Positions 8,899 through 17,084 of a stretch of 64,000 nt of DNA are shown in pieces. A model generated the notes under the pieces. It made no database searches. It was given only the letters and a program-made list of their open reading frames with translations, and was not told the DNA's origin. The DNA is from Elusimicrobiota bacterium (GTDB taxonomy: Bacteria; Elusimicrobiota; Endomicrobiia; Endomicrobiales; JBDRNC01). How positions within the stretch are numbered: position 1 is the first letter of the stretch; each line of letters opens with the position of its first letter. A program made the position numbers and the translations under genes. Where the stretch lies: positions 63,697 through 127,696 of the forward strand of contig JBDRNC010000012.1 of assembly GCA_043811535.1 (NCBI GenBank). The letters run 5' to 3'.

Positions 8899-11316
8899 TT
8901 ACCACTGGAAATACGCTTTTATGTAGTAGTACTCGTACCTCTGCCGGTTGTCTTCCTTGAGCGCTTCCTGATTCACGAACTTCACTCCGCCTCCGACAAG
9001 AAGCGGGCGGTTCCAGTACTGGTCGTTATGCGTTATTTCGATGGCGAACACGTACCTGACGCTGTCGTTATCCTCTAAAAGATCGTCGTAAATAACGACC
9101 TGCTCCCCCATGAACAGGCTTGTTTTATCAGTCAGTTTATTCTTGAATATCAGGGCGAAGGCGTCCTTTCTCCAGTTACCCAGCAATCTGATGAAATCAT
9201 CTTCGGTAGTCTGCTCGTTCCATCTTTCAAGTTTATACATCGGGGCGAACTGCCATTGTTTCAACCCCGGCATATTCTTGAACGGGAACCAATCGTTGAC
9301 GAATATCTTAAGTATGCCGTTCTGGTGCTCGCGGAACTCGCTGGAATAATACCGCAGGTCGGTGCCGTACAGGTACCTGTTTGTGAAAGTCAGGCTACTG
9401 AACAATTTATAGTTAACCGTGACGTAAGTGTCATTCAACAGATTGTTCCTGAAAGGCACTTTATCTTCCCAGCCCTCCGAACCCTGCCAGTAATTTCTCA
9501 CGTCCTGGTTCTGTATGGTTGGATCATATACGAGGCTGTCGGGTATGCTGTCCTTTGTGTTTTTAACTTCATGCCGCAATTCAACGCTTACTTTAGAAAA
9601 ATTTAAGTTATATTTTGCCTTTCCGAAAATAGTCTGGTTGCGCCTGTCAGACATTTTCTCGTAGGCATTAACGAACGAGGATTGAAGCTTCATGCCCGAG
9701 AACGGCCTATAGGCGCCGGAAAATGTGTAGCCTTTCTGCCCTTCCCTGTACGGATAGTCGGGCTTGGTATCGTTTTCTTCGTTGTCAAATGCGATGTTGT
9801 TGTTTAAATCAATCCCCTCGCGGAAACGGGTGTCAAGTATGAATAAAATGAAATCGTCGTCGCTGCGTGTTCCCGGGTACTCCTTGTACAGCGGCACGTA
9901 TTCATCCACGATATCGGGCTTGTCGTCTTTGTCGTCGTTGTCCTCCACCGCCCACGACGCGTCGTAGTTATGGTCGATATCGTACACCTCTCCTGTGATC
10001 AGCACCGGATAGAATTCCCTGCTGAAGTTAACGTACATTGCGTTGCCTACTTCGTCGGTCCTTTCGCCTTTTTCTGTAGGGTACTTGAAAAACTTTCTGC
10101 TGGACGCGAATTCGGCCTTGAACGGCACGTTAATACCGGGTATATTCCCTTCAATGTCGTATCCCAGCACAGTCGTACCCGTTTCTTCTCCGTAAACATA
10201 GGTTATCGTATTTTTATTTGAGTAATCTTTGGGATTCCCGGGCGCCCTTGCTACCAGATAATACTTGAGGTCGTCCCTGGATGCTTCTATTTTATAATCG
10301 TTCGCAACCGTGATTAAGAACCTGACGGATGTCACGTTCTTATTGAGCATCGCGTTGATTCCGTCAAGGTTGAATCTGTAGACTATAAAATCATTGGGTC
10401 CGCTGGCCTCGAGTTTCGCGGATGACCACGTATATGTCCCCCAGTAGGCCACGTCGCTGCCCGCGCTGCCCCCCGTAACGGACAGCGAAGGTATCTCTTC
10501 GCCGTTGACAAATGTGCGTATCTCGTAGACAGCCGCGCCGTTCCAGTCGGAATCGCCCTCTTCATTCTTCGGCGAATCATCCCTGAATCTTAAATACAAG
10601 GCCGTCGGAAGATTATCATTGATCACTCCCGACAAAGGGCCCTGGGAGGAGTAGAAATCCGGCTGAGTAAAATCATTTGTCGTGAAATTGGTGTAGTGCT
10701 GGTTGACAAAGGAAAAGCCCATTTTCATGCCGAACACTTCGGTCCTGCGCCTCATCGCAACAAAGTACTGGTCCTTGTTTATATTGGAAGTCCACCACTG
10801 GTCCTGGGTATCGCTGCCCGATGAATTGTAATACGCGGTCTTTGCCACGAGACCAACCCATTCATCATCCCCTTTTGTGGCCCTGAGCCGCGCGTTGCGC
10901 TGGTCCCACCACCTGCCCCAGTCCCATTGCCAGTTTCCCCACCATCCCCAGTTGTAATATGATGGAGAATATCCCCACCTGAACCTTGTGATATGAAGAG
11001 TAAGCGGCGTGAACCACGTTTCAAACCTGCCGAGCCTCAGCTCATACTCCCTGCCGTTGATCCATTCGTACAGCTTTAACTCGCTCCCGAAATCCCTCAT
11101 GAACCTGTCCATGTTGACATTATTTGAATAATAGTTTCCCTGGAACCCGCCGTCAGGACTGCCGTAAGCCCAGAATTCATAGAGAGAATCTCCGCTGAAA
11201 AGGAAATCTCCTTTGATATCATATATATCGGTATAGGAAAACAAGGCGGGATGCATCAGGACGATGCCCAGTAATGAAAAACTCAGGATTTTAAGTAATT
11301 TTGCGCGCATTTTCAC
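8899..11316 (-). CDS. Uncharacterised large outer-membrane beta-barrel candidate
   Basis: Signal peptide; alternating beta-strand pattern; beta-signal-like end YYYIKAYFQW; Trp-rich segment; acidic DNDDKDDKPD and DLNNN motifs. Confidence 0.6.
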   Translation of the reverse strand: MKMRAKLLKILSFSLLGIVLMHPALFSYTDIYDIKGDFLFSGDSLYEFWAYGSPDGGFQGNYYSNNVNMDRFMRDFGSELKLYEWINGREYELRLGRFETWFTPLTLHITRFRWGYSPSYYNWGWWGNWQWDWGRWWDQRNARLRATKGDDEWVGLVAKTAYYNSSGSDTQDQWWTSNINKDQYFVAMRRRTEVFGMKMGFSFVNQHYTNFTTNDFTQPDFYSSQGPLSGVINDNLPTALYLRFRDDSPKNEEGDSDWNGAAVYEIRTFVNGEEIPSLSVTGGSAGSDVAYWGTYTWSSAKLEASGPNDFIVYRFNLDGINAMLNKNVTSVRFLITVANDYKIEASRDDLKYYLVARAPGNPKDYSNKNTITYVYGEETGTTVLGYDIEGNIPGINVPFKAEFASSRKFFKYPTEKGERTDEVGNAMYVNFSREFYPVLITGEVYDIDHNYDASWAVEDNDDKDDKPDIVDEYVPLYKEYPGTRSDDDFILFILDTRFREGIDLNNNIAFDNEENDTKPDYPYREGQKGYTFSGAYRPFSGMKLQSSFVNAYEKMSDRRNQTIFGKAKYNLNFSKVSVELRHEVKNTKDSIPDSLVYDPTIQNQDVRNYWQGSEGWEDKVPFRNNLLNDTYVTVNYKLFSSLTFTNRYLYGTDLRYYSSEFREHQNGILKIFVNDWFPFKNMPGLKQWQFAPMYKLERWNEQTTEDDFIRLLGNWRKDAFALIFKNKLTDKTSLFMGEQVVIYDDLLEDNDSVRYVFAIEITHNDQYWNRPLLVGGGVKFVNQEALKEDNRQRYEYYYIKAYFQW

Positions 11317-11322
11317 TGTTTT

Positions 11323-11859
11323 TTAGTAGGCATCAGCGTCTAGAGAACCGTACCTGGCCACTACACCGGTGACAAGTTTGACCGGCCCTTCCCACAACCC
11401 GCCGCCGCCGCTGCCATCATTAACCCTGATAGCGATCACGTTGTCCTGGTCAAATCTCACAAGTTCTTTAGGTATTGCGTATTTGCGGTATGTCTGCCAT
11501 CCGGTTGAAGCCCCTATCGACTGGCCGTTGAAGAACACTTCGTCGTCATCGTCTATTTTGCCTATATCAAAAATAATCCCCGCCGCTTTTTCCCAATCGG
11601 CAGGGATCTGTAAGTGTTTCCTATACCAGGCAATCCCGTCATAATCAGGGTAGCCCTGGCCTTCCCAGACCGCTGGAACCCTTATGAACGACCAGTCCGC
11701 GTCCTGAGTTGATTGATTTTTCCAGTTAGAGTTGTCGCCGGTCTTAAACATCCAGTCGCCGGCAATAACCATTTCTTTTGGAGGAGAGGTTTTACCAACA
11801 TCAAACCATCCAAGAAAGGTAACGACCACTGCGGTAAGTAACCAGTATCTGAAATCCAC
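11323..11859 (-). CDS. Stand-alone beta-galactosidase jelly-roll (GH2_N-like) sugar-binding domain protein
   Basis: GDWMFKTGD..W...VPAVWEGQGY..YDGIAWYRK...GKIDDDDEVFFNG..IG...NVIAIRV.D..GGGGLW; GTG start with GGAGG upstream. Confidence 0.85.
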   Translation of the reverse strand: MDFRYWLLTAVVVTFLGWFDVGKTSPPKEMVIAGDWMFKTGDNSNWKNQSTQDADWSFIRVPAVWEGQGYPDYDGIAWYRKHLQIPADWEKAAGIIFDIGKIDDDDEVFFNGQSIGASTGWQTYRKYAIPKELVRFDQDNVIAIRVNDGSGGGGLWEGPVKLVTGVVARYGSLDADAY

Positions 11860-11949
11860 TTTGCTTAAGCCTCCATTGAAACATTAAAATAATGGAAACC
11901 TGCCCCGGATACATCTCTTGGCAGACCTGACTGCCAAACAATCAAAAAC

Positions 11950-11963
11950 TGTAACCGTTTACC
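11950..11963. promoter_or_regulatory. LacI-family operator TGTAACCGTTTACC
   Basis: Imperfect palindrome with central CG, just downstream of a promoter; identical to 33814-33827. Confidence 0.75.
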
Positions 11964-11971
11964 TTGAAATA

Positions 11972-12001
11972 AGGTTAGCATAACTCTCTTAGATTTGTCA
12001 A
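11972..12001 (-). promoter_or_regulatory. sigma70 promoter for the 11859->122 operon
   Basis: TTGACA (12001-11996), 18-nt spacer, extended -10 TGcTAACCT. Confidence 0.65.
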
Positions 12002-12085
12002 GGGGTTTTTTATTTTTCCTATTAATGCGACTATCTGCGGTAAATTCTTTCAAATGTTTATCTCAATAAAATGCTCGCGCTTTCA

Positions 12086-12099
12086 TGTAATCGATTGCA
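12086..12099. promoter_or_regulatory. Auxiliary LacI-type operator TGTAATCGATTGCA
   Basis: One mismatch from the perfect palindrome TGTAATCGATTACA; fits the locus consensus. Confidence 0.55.
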
Positions 12100-12264
12100 G
12101 TGGAGCCCCTCCCCGAAAGAGTCGGGGAGGCTCCAAAAATTACGCGACCTCCCGCGACTTCCTCTGTGTATTTAACGGAGTCCATGCGCAGTCGGACGGC
12201 TCCGTCCACATTCCTCCCCCGACAGGAGTCGGGCCCGCCGCGGCGGGCATAACCGCGGGATTAA
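12098..12264 (+). mobile_element. Non-autonomous palindromic element resembling joined IS200/IS605 ends (copy 1)
   Basis: Left hairpin CCTCCCCG-aaagagt-CGGGGAGG; right ATTCCTCCCCCGAC-agga-GTCGGG; homologous to 22656-22772. Confidence 0.55.
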
Positions 12265-12420
12265 TAAGTTTTCAATCAAGATTTCTTTCTTTACATTACA
12301 ATGTATCCAAACAAAACGGAAAGGAGTCCTCATTCAACCGTTTACTGTAAAAGAAAGGCCAGCAGAACTCCTTCCCGCCTGTCAAGCAATTATTTGAAAT
12401 ATCTGCGTTAATCTATATCA

Positions 12421-13761
12421 TTATTGCCGCTTTCCTGTGAGCAAAGCGTTGGCTTTCGGCACGCCTTTGTCCATCCCTTCCTTGGGGGATATCCGTCCGC
12501 CGTTGATCAGGTCAATGTTAGGAATAATGAATCTTTGCCACGCTTCATTCCATAACGGATGGAAAGGATCATAAACAACATACTTCACCGCTTCGTTAAG
12601 CATTCCCTTATTAAGCGGAGGCTTTGTATCCTGAGCCCAATGTTTTCCTTTGGCGATTCTCATATTAGCCGGCTGGGCAAGCCCGGTGTCCGCAAGCATC
12701 TCCTGCCCGTAATCACCTGCCAGGCATTTTATGACTTCCCACGCTTCATCCGGATTCTTGCACATGCTCATTATGGCGTAACCCGAACCGCCTGTCCCGA
12801 ACGCGCGCTTGCCGGTATTGCTCTTCGGAAACATTGCCACGTCCCAATCAAAGTTCTTGGCGATCATCCTTCTTAAATTGGGGGTTTCCCATATCCCCGA
12901 CTGAAACATCGCGGTTTTCTGCATCGTAAACATCTGGCAAGAGTTAAGCCCCATGTTGCTCACCGCGTCCGGTCTCGCAGACACGAAATGCTTAAAGGCA
13001 AGATCTATGCTGTACTGCAGGCCCTTCTGCGCGGCCGGCTGGTCCAGCAGGCACTTTGTCGGATTGTTTATATCGTCTACGAATTTCCCGCCGAAAGCAT
13101 AAACGAAATTATGCCACGACCATCCGTGGTAGCCGTATTGCTTGATCTTTTTCTCGTTGAAACCCGGCTCGCCGGGATGTTTTCCGTTTTCGTCAAGCGT
13201 CAGCTTTTTCGCGGTATCCAGGAACTGGTCAAAATTCCAGCTGTCCTTCGGGAAAGGAACACCCATTTTTTTGAAGAGATCCTTGTTGTAAAAAACGCAC
13301 GCGAAAGGCGCGGTGTCCCTGGGTATGCAGAATACTTTTCCGTTGCGGGTGAAACGCGCCACTACTTCCGGAAAGAATTCCTTAATATTGAAATCTTTGT
13401 CCTTTTTCAAGAAAGACGTAAGGTCGAGCAGGGCGTTCTTGTAGAAGAACGTGACAAATACGTTGACTTCGCAGAAGATAATATCGGGCGGATTTCCGCC
13501 GGCAATCTCGGTCAGCACTTTATCCTGATATGAAGCCGGTATATGCTCGAGAATGACCTTTATATTCGGATGGTCTTTTTCCCAACGCCTTACCGTATCG
13601 GTTATTATGTCTTTTTCTTCCACTGCTCCCCAGAATGCGACCTTGATTGGGATCTGACCGGGAGCTACCGTAGTATCTTCCGACTTTTTTCCGCAGCCGG
13701 CGAACAGGCCCACAACCATGACAAACACAAGCAATAACTCCAGCTTAAACTTTCTGAACAT
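12421..13761 (-). CDS. Carbohydrate ABC transporter (CUT1) substrate-binding lipoprotein
   Basis: FAG-C lipobox; HPNIKV, AGGNPPDI, FYNKDLF, FDWDVAMFP, EAWEVIK motifs. Confidence 0.93.
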   Translation of the reverse strand: MFRKFKLELLLVFVMVVGLFAGCGKKSEDTTVAPGQIPIKVAFWGAVEEKDIITDTVRRWEKDHPNIKVILEHIPASYQDKVLTEIAGGNPPDIIFCEVNVFVTFFYKNALLDLTSFLKKDKDFNIKEFFPEVVARFTRNGKVFCIPRDTAPFACVFYNKDLFKKMGVPFPKDSWNFDQFLDTAKKLTLDENGKHPGEPGFNEKKIKQYGYHGWSWHNFVYAFGGKFVDDINNPTKCLLDQPAAQKGLQYSIDLAFKHFVSARPDAVSNMGLNSCQMFTMQKTAMFQSGIWETPNLRRMIAKNFDWDVAMFPKSNTGKRAFGTGGSGYAIMSMCKNPDEAWEVIKCLAGDYGQEMLADTGLAQPANMRIAKGKHWAQDTKPPLNKGMLNEAVKYVVYDPFHPLWNEAWQRFIIPNIDLINGGRISPKEGMDKGVPKANALLTGKRQ

Positions 13762-13783
13762 CTTACTCCTCCTCTTAAATATA

Positions 13784-13818
13784 TTGTCTTCCGTCTTCCA
13801 TCTTCTATCTTCCGTCTA
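13784..13818. repeat. Heptamer array (TCTTCCG/TCTTCCA) overlapping the permease stop codon
   Basis: TCTTCCG-TCTTCCA-TCTTCTA-TCTTCCG-TCTA. Confidence 0.8.
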
Positions 13819-14661
13819 TCCTTTAAGTCCGCTTAACGCGATGCCTTTTGTGAAGAATCTCTGGTTGAATATAAACACAAACAACGCGGGCACGAGCACG
13901 ATGATTGAACCTGCCATCAAAAGCGTCCAATTGGTAGAATACATATCCTGAAAATACGAAAGGCCCACGGGGAGCGTCTTCATCTCTTCAGTGGAAGTGA
14001 TTATCAGCGGCCATACAAAACTCTGCCAGTTGCCGAGAAACGTGAACGTGGCCAGCGTGGCGAGTGCCGGTTTCGAAAGAGGCAGTATGATCTGCCAGTA
14101 TATCCTCCAGAGACTGCACCCGTCTATCTTGGCGGCGTCCTCGAGCTCAGACGGCAGCGTCATGAAGAACTGCCTCAGCATGAATGTGCCGTACGCCGTG
14201 AATATACCGGGGATTATAAGCGCCTTATAGGTGTTAAGCCAGTCAAGCTTCTTCATAAGGATGAAAACAGGGATAGTGGTGACCATCCCCGGGATCATCA
14301 TTGTCGCGAGATACGCGAAGAATATTTTATCGCGTCCGGGGAATTTCAGGCGCGAGAAAGCATACGCCGCCATAGAGCTTGTCACGAGCTGCCCCAGAGT
14401 TACCGCGAGGGCGATGTAAAGACTGTTGAGGTAAAATCTCCCAAAAGGTATGGCGTTCCACGCTTCAATGTAATTCGTGAATACTATCGGATTGGGAATG
14501 AGCGAAAGGGACGAACTGAAAACCTGTGAAGGTTCTTTCAATGAAGAGCTTAACATCCACATGAACGGGAGGAGCATTGTTATCCCGAAGATTGTAAGCG
14601 CGGCGTAGGCAACCGTCTTGTTCAGAATGTCTTTTAGCAATTTGATCTGAGATAATGTCAT
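13816..14661 (-). CDS. Carbohydrate ABC transporter permease (MalG-like)
   Basis: ELEDAAKIDG EAA loop, LPLSKPALAT, multiple TM helices. Confidence 0.95.
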   Translation of the reverse strand: MTLSQIKLLKDILNKTVAYAALTIFGITMLLPFMWMLSSSLKEPSQVFSSSLSLIPNPIVFTNYIEAWNAIPFGRFYLNSLYIALAVTLGQLVTSSMAAYAFSRLKFPGRDKIFFAYLATMMIPGMVTTIPVFILMKKLDWLNTYKALIIPGIFTAYGTFMLRQFFMTLPSELEDAAKIDGCSLWRIYWQIILPLSKPALATLATFTFLGNWQSFVWPLIITSTEEMKTLPVGLSYFQDMYSTNWTLLMAGSIIVLVPALFVFIFNQRFFTKGIALSGLKG

Positions 14662-14689
14662 AGTTTTCTCCGGTGCTTCTTTGTTTTTT

Positions 14690-14738
14690 ATTGCCGTTAA
14701 CTTTCAACTATTCACTAATAACTAATCACTAATTACTG
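14690..14738. repeat. Heptamer array (ACTAATN)
   Basis: ACTTTCA-ACTATTC-ACTAATA-ACTAATC-ACTAATT-ACT between the two permeases. Confidence 0.7.
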
Positions 14739-14741
14739 TCT

Positions 14742-15722
14742 TTATAGCGTCGAATACTGGACTTTTCTGCCGCCGTATTTCCAATTCACAATAGTCACGA
14801 TAAATATTACGACAAACAGGAACCACGCAAGCGCCGAGGCCTTGCCCATCCAGAACCACACAAAAGCATTGTTATATATGTAATACTCTATTGTTGTCGT
14901 TGCGTTGCCCGGTCCGCCCCTGGTCATAAGGTACGCGTTCTGAAATCCCCCCTGGAAACCTCCGATCACGCTCATAATGAATATGAAAAATGTCGTAGGA
15001 GATATCATCGGAACTGTTACGTGGCGGAACTTCTGCCAAAAATTGGCGCCGTCTATATCGGCCGCTTCATAAAGATGCTGCGGAATGCCCTGGAGAGCGG
15101 CCAGATAAAGGATCATGTTGTACCCGCCTATGCCGCCCCATAAACCCATTATCATCAAACTGATCTTGGCCCATACCGGATGCATAAGCCAGGCGGGGCC
15201 GGCTATCCCTACGTAGCTCAGTATCGTATTGAGCATGCCGTAGTCCGGGTTGTATATCCATTTCCATAACAGGGCAAGCGCGACAGCCGAAGAAACCGAC
15301 GGCAGGAAAAAAATTGTCCTGAAGAATACGATGCCTCTCAGGGACTGGTTCATGATAAGCGCGACAAAAAGCGAACCGACCATGCCTATCGGTATGCCAA
15401 GCATCAGGAACATCGTATTGTAAATGAAATACCACATATCGGGATCGTTGGAAACGATGTAGTTCCAGAAGAACAGCTTGTCTGTCACTGAATTAAAAAT
15501 ATATCCGGTCTTGATGTGAAAACCGAATATCGCCGTGAAATTATCGAACCACACCCACTGCGGCGGATTGAACAGGTCCCAGTTCATAAAACTCAGCACA
15601 AATGAGGCTATGACGGGCAGGAACGTGAAAACAAGAAAACCGGTCAGGTTGGGCATAATAAAAGAATAGGCTATCACGCCTTCTTTGTTAAAAAAATCTG
15701 AGATTTTTTGTTTCATTTTCAT
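14742..15722 (-). CDS. Carbohydrate ABC transporter permease (MalF/LacF-like)
   Basis: LAALQGIP..LYEAADIDGA..WQKF..VT.P motif. Confidence 0.95.
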   Translation of the reverse strand: MKMKQKISDFFNKEGVIAYSFIMPNLTGFLVFTFLPVIASFVLSFMNWDLFNPPQWVWFDNFTAIFGFHIKTGYIFNSVTDKLFFWNYIVSNDPDMWYFIYNTMFLMLGIPIGMVGSLFVALIMNQSLRGIVFFRTIFFLPSVSSAVALALLWKWIYNPDYGMLNTILSYVGIAGPAWLMHPVWAKISLMIMGLWGGIGGYNMILYLAALQGIPQHLYEAADIDGANFWQKFRHVTVPMISPTTFFIFIMSVIGGFQGGFQNAYLMTRGGPGNATTTIEYYIYNNAFVWFWMGKASALAWFLFVVIFIVTIVNWKYGGRKVQYSTL

Positions 15723-15738
15723 TTACGGCGCTCCTTTT

Positions 15739-16767
15739 TCAGGCAGAAATTACTTTCGCGGCTTCGCATTTATTGCATGATTCCCTGACTATCAATTCAA
15801 CGGGAAGAACGATATTCTGCGGTTTAAATACTTTTATATCCATCTGGGCGAAAAGCATCCTGACGCCCTGTTTTCCTATTTCGCTTATCGGCTGGCGGAT
15901 CGTTGTCAATGCGGGCCTGGCTTCCGACGCCATCTCCACATCGTCAAATCCTGCTACCGAGAGGTCGCCCGGCACTGATATCCCCATTTCGGCCGCAACC
16001 TGGATACACGCGAAAGCCATTGTGTCGTTCGCGCAGAAAATCGCAGTCGGGCGCGGTTTCGCGCCGAGCAATTTCCTTGCCGCCTGGACGCCTTTTGAAT
16101 AAATAAATTCGCCGTTCGCTATCAGCTCGGAATCTACGGAAATTCCCCTTTTTCTCATTGCCAGACAAAAACCTTTGACCCTGTCCCGGGAGTTTACTAT
16201 ATCATCCGGCCCGGTGATAATGCCTATGGCCCTGTGCCCGAGCCCGAGGAGGTATTCAACTGCCATTTCGGCGCCGGAGATATTATCGCAGTCAATCGTA
16301 GAGAAACCCATCATATTGTAAGTCGCGCTGAGCATTATCAGTTGTTTAGCGTATGGGAGAAGTTTTTTCAGCTGGTTTTCAGGAGGCCCTACAATTAGCA
16401 GTCCGTCAACCTGTTTTTCCCTCAGGGGAACGGTGAAATCTTTGGCGAGCAGGTTCGCGTCATAAAGCGTGAGCGAATACCTATGGTTGTTTATTTCGGA
16501 TATTATGCCCTGCAGAAGCAAGGAATAGTAGTTATCGGCGAATAAGCCTTTTGAAAAAGGAAGGAACAAACCGATGTGCGACGTGATCTGTTTAGACAGG
16601 CTTCTTGCGGCAAGGTTCGGCCTGTAGCCAAGCTCTTTAACCGTTACCAGCACTTTGGCGCGCGTGGCCTCACTGACTTTCTCGTGCTGAATGTTATTAA
16701 CGACGCGGGAAACGGTAGCAACTGAAACTTTCGATTTTTTCGCAACGTCTTTTATGGTGACGCTCAT
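15739..16767 (-). CDS. LacI-family transcriptional regulator
   Basis: TIKDVAKKSKVSVATVSRV HTH, YRPNLAARSL hinge, DLSVAGFDD; start moved to ATG 16767. Confidence 0.95.
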   Translation of the reverse strand: MSVTIKDVAKKSKVSVATVSRVVNNIQHEKVSEATRAKVLVTVKELGYRPNLAARSLSKQITSHIGLFLPFSKGLFADNYYSLLLQGIISEINNHRYSLTLYDANLLAKDFTVPLREKQVDGLLIVGPPENQLKKLLPYAKQLIMLSATYNMMGFSTIDCDNISGAEMAVEYLLGLGHRAIGIITGPDDIVNSRDRVKGFCLAMRKRGISVDSELIANGEFIYSKGVQAARKLLGAKPRPTAIFCANDTMAFACIQVAAEMGISVPGDLSVAGFDDVEMASEARPALTTIRQPISEIGKQGVRMLFAQMDIKVFKPQNIVLPVELIVRESCNKCEAAKVISA

Positions 16768-16795
16768 ATTTCCATTTCCCGGTTTAGTGATGGGG

Positions 16796-16925
16796 TTTAC
16801 CCCGTTAGAGATAGGCCGCCTTGAGGCGGCCACGCTTCATTATAATATCAGGATGCCAAATAACTTTTCTAAACTTTCGGCACAGTCGCAGTTAAAAACA
16901 GCCTTTGTATCTCTAACGGGGTAAA
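16796..16925. mobile_element. MITE-like element with 18-bp perfect terminal inverted repeats
   Basis: TTTACCCCGTTAGAGATA (16796-16813) and TATCTCTAACGGGGTAAA (16908-16925); internal GGCCGCC-ttga-GGCGGCC hairpin. Confidence 0.75.
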
Positions 16926-16965
16926 TCGGTTACATTATTATAATATAATAAGCGGATGAAATCAA
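16920..16965 (-). promoter_or_regulatory. sigma70 promoter and LacI-type operator for the lacI-ABC operon
   Basis: TTGATT(16965-16960)-17 nt-TATAAT(16942-16937), then TGTAACCGATTTACC (16934-16920). Confidence 0.7.
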
Positions 16966-16980
16966 TAATAAAATGAATAT

Positions 16981-17084
16981 AATGGTTAAACGGTTAAATG
17001 ACTGATTAACTACATGGCTATATGGTTAAATTGCTAAATTGCCAAAAGTCGTTAGCCATGCGACCATTTAGCCGTTTAGCCATT
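16981..17084. repeat. Self-complementary octamer array (AATGGYTA / TAGCCATT)
   Basis: Eight forward units, a spacer, then four inverted units ending at the 17084 stop codon. Confidence 0.85.

Noticed and set aside
11865..12350. Short ORFs 11865-12053 (-) and 12054-12350 (+)
   Set aside because: They overlap the promoter, operators and a palindromic element and show no protein-like features.
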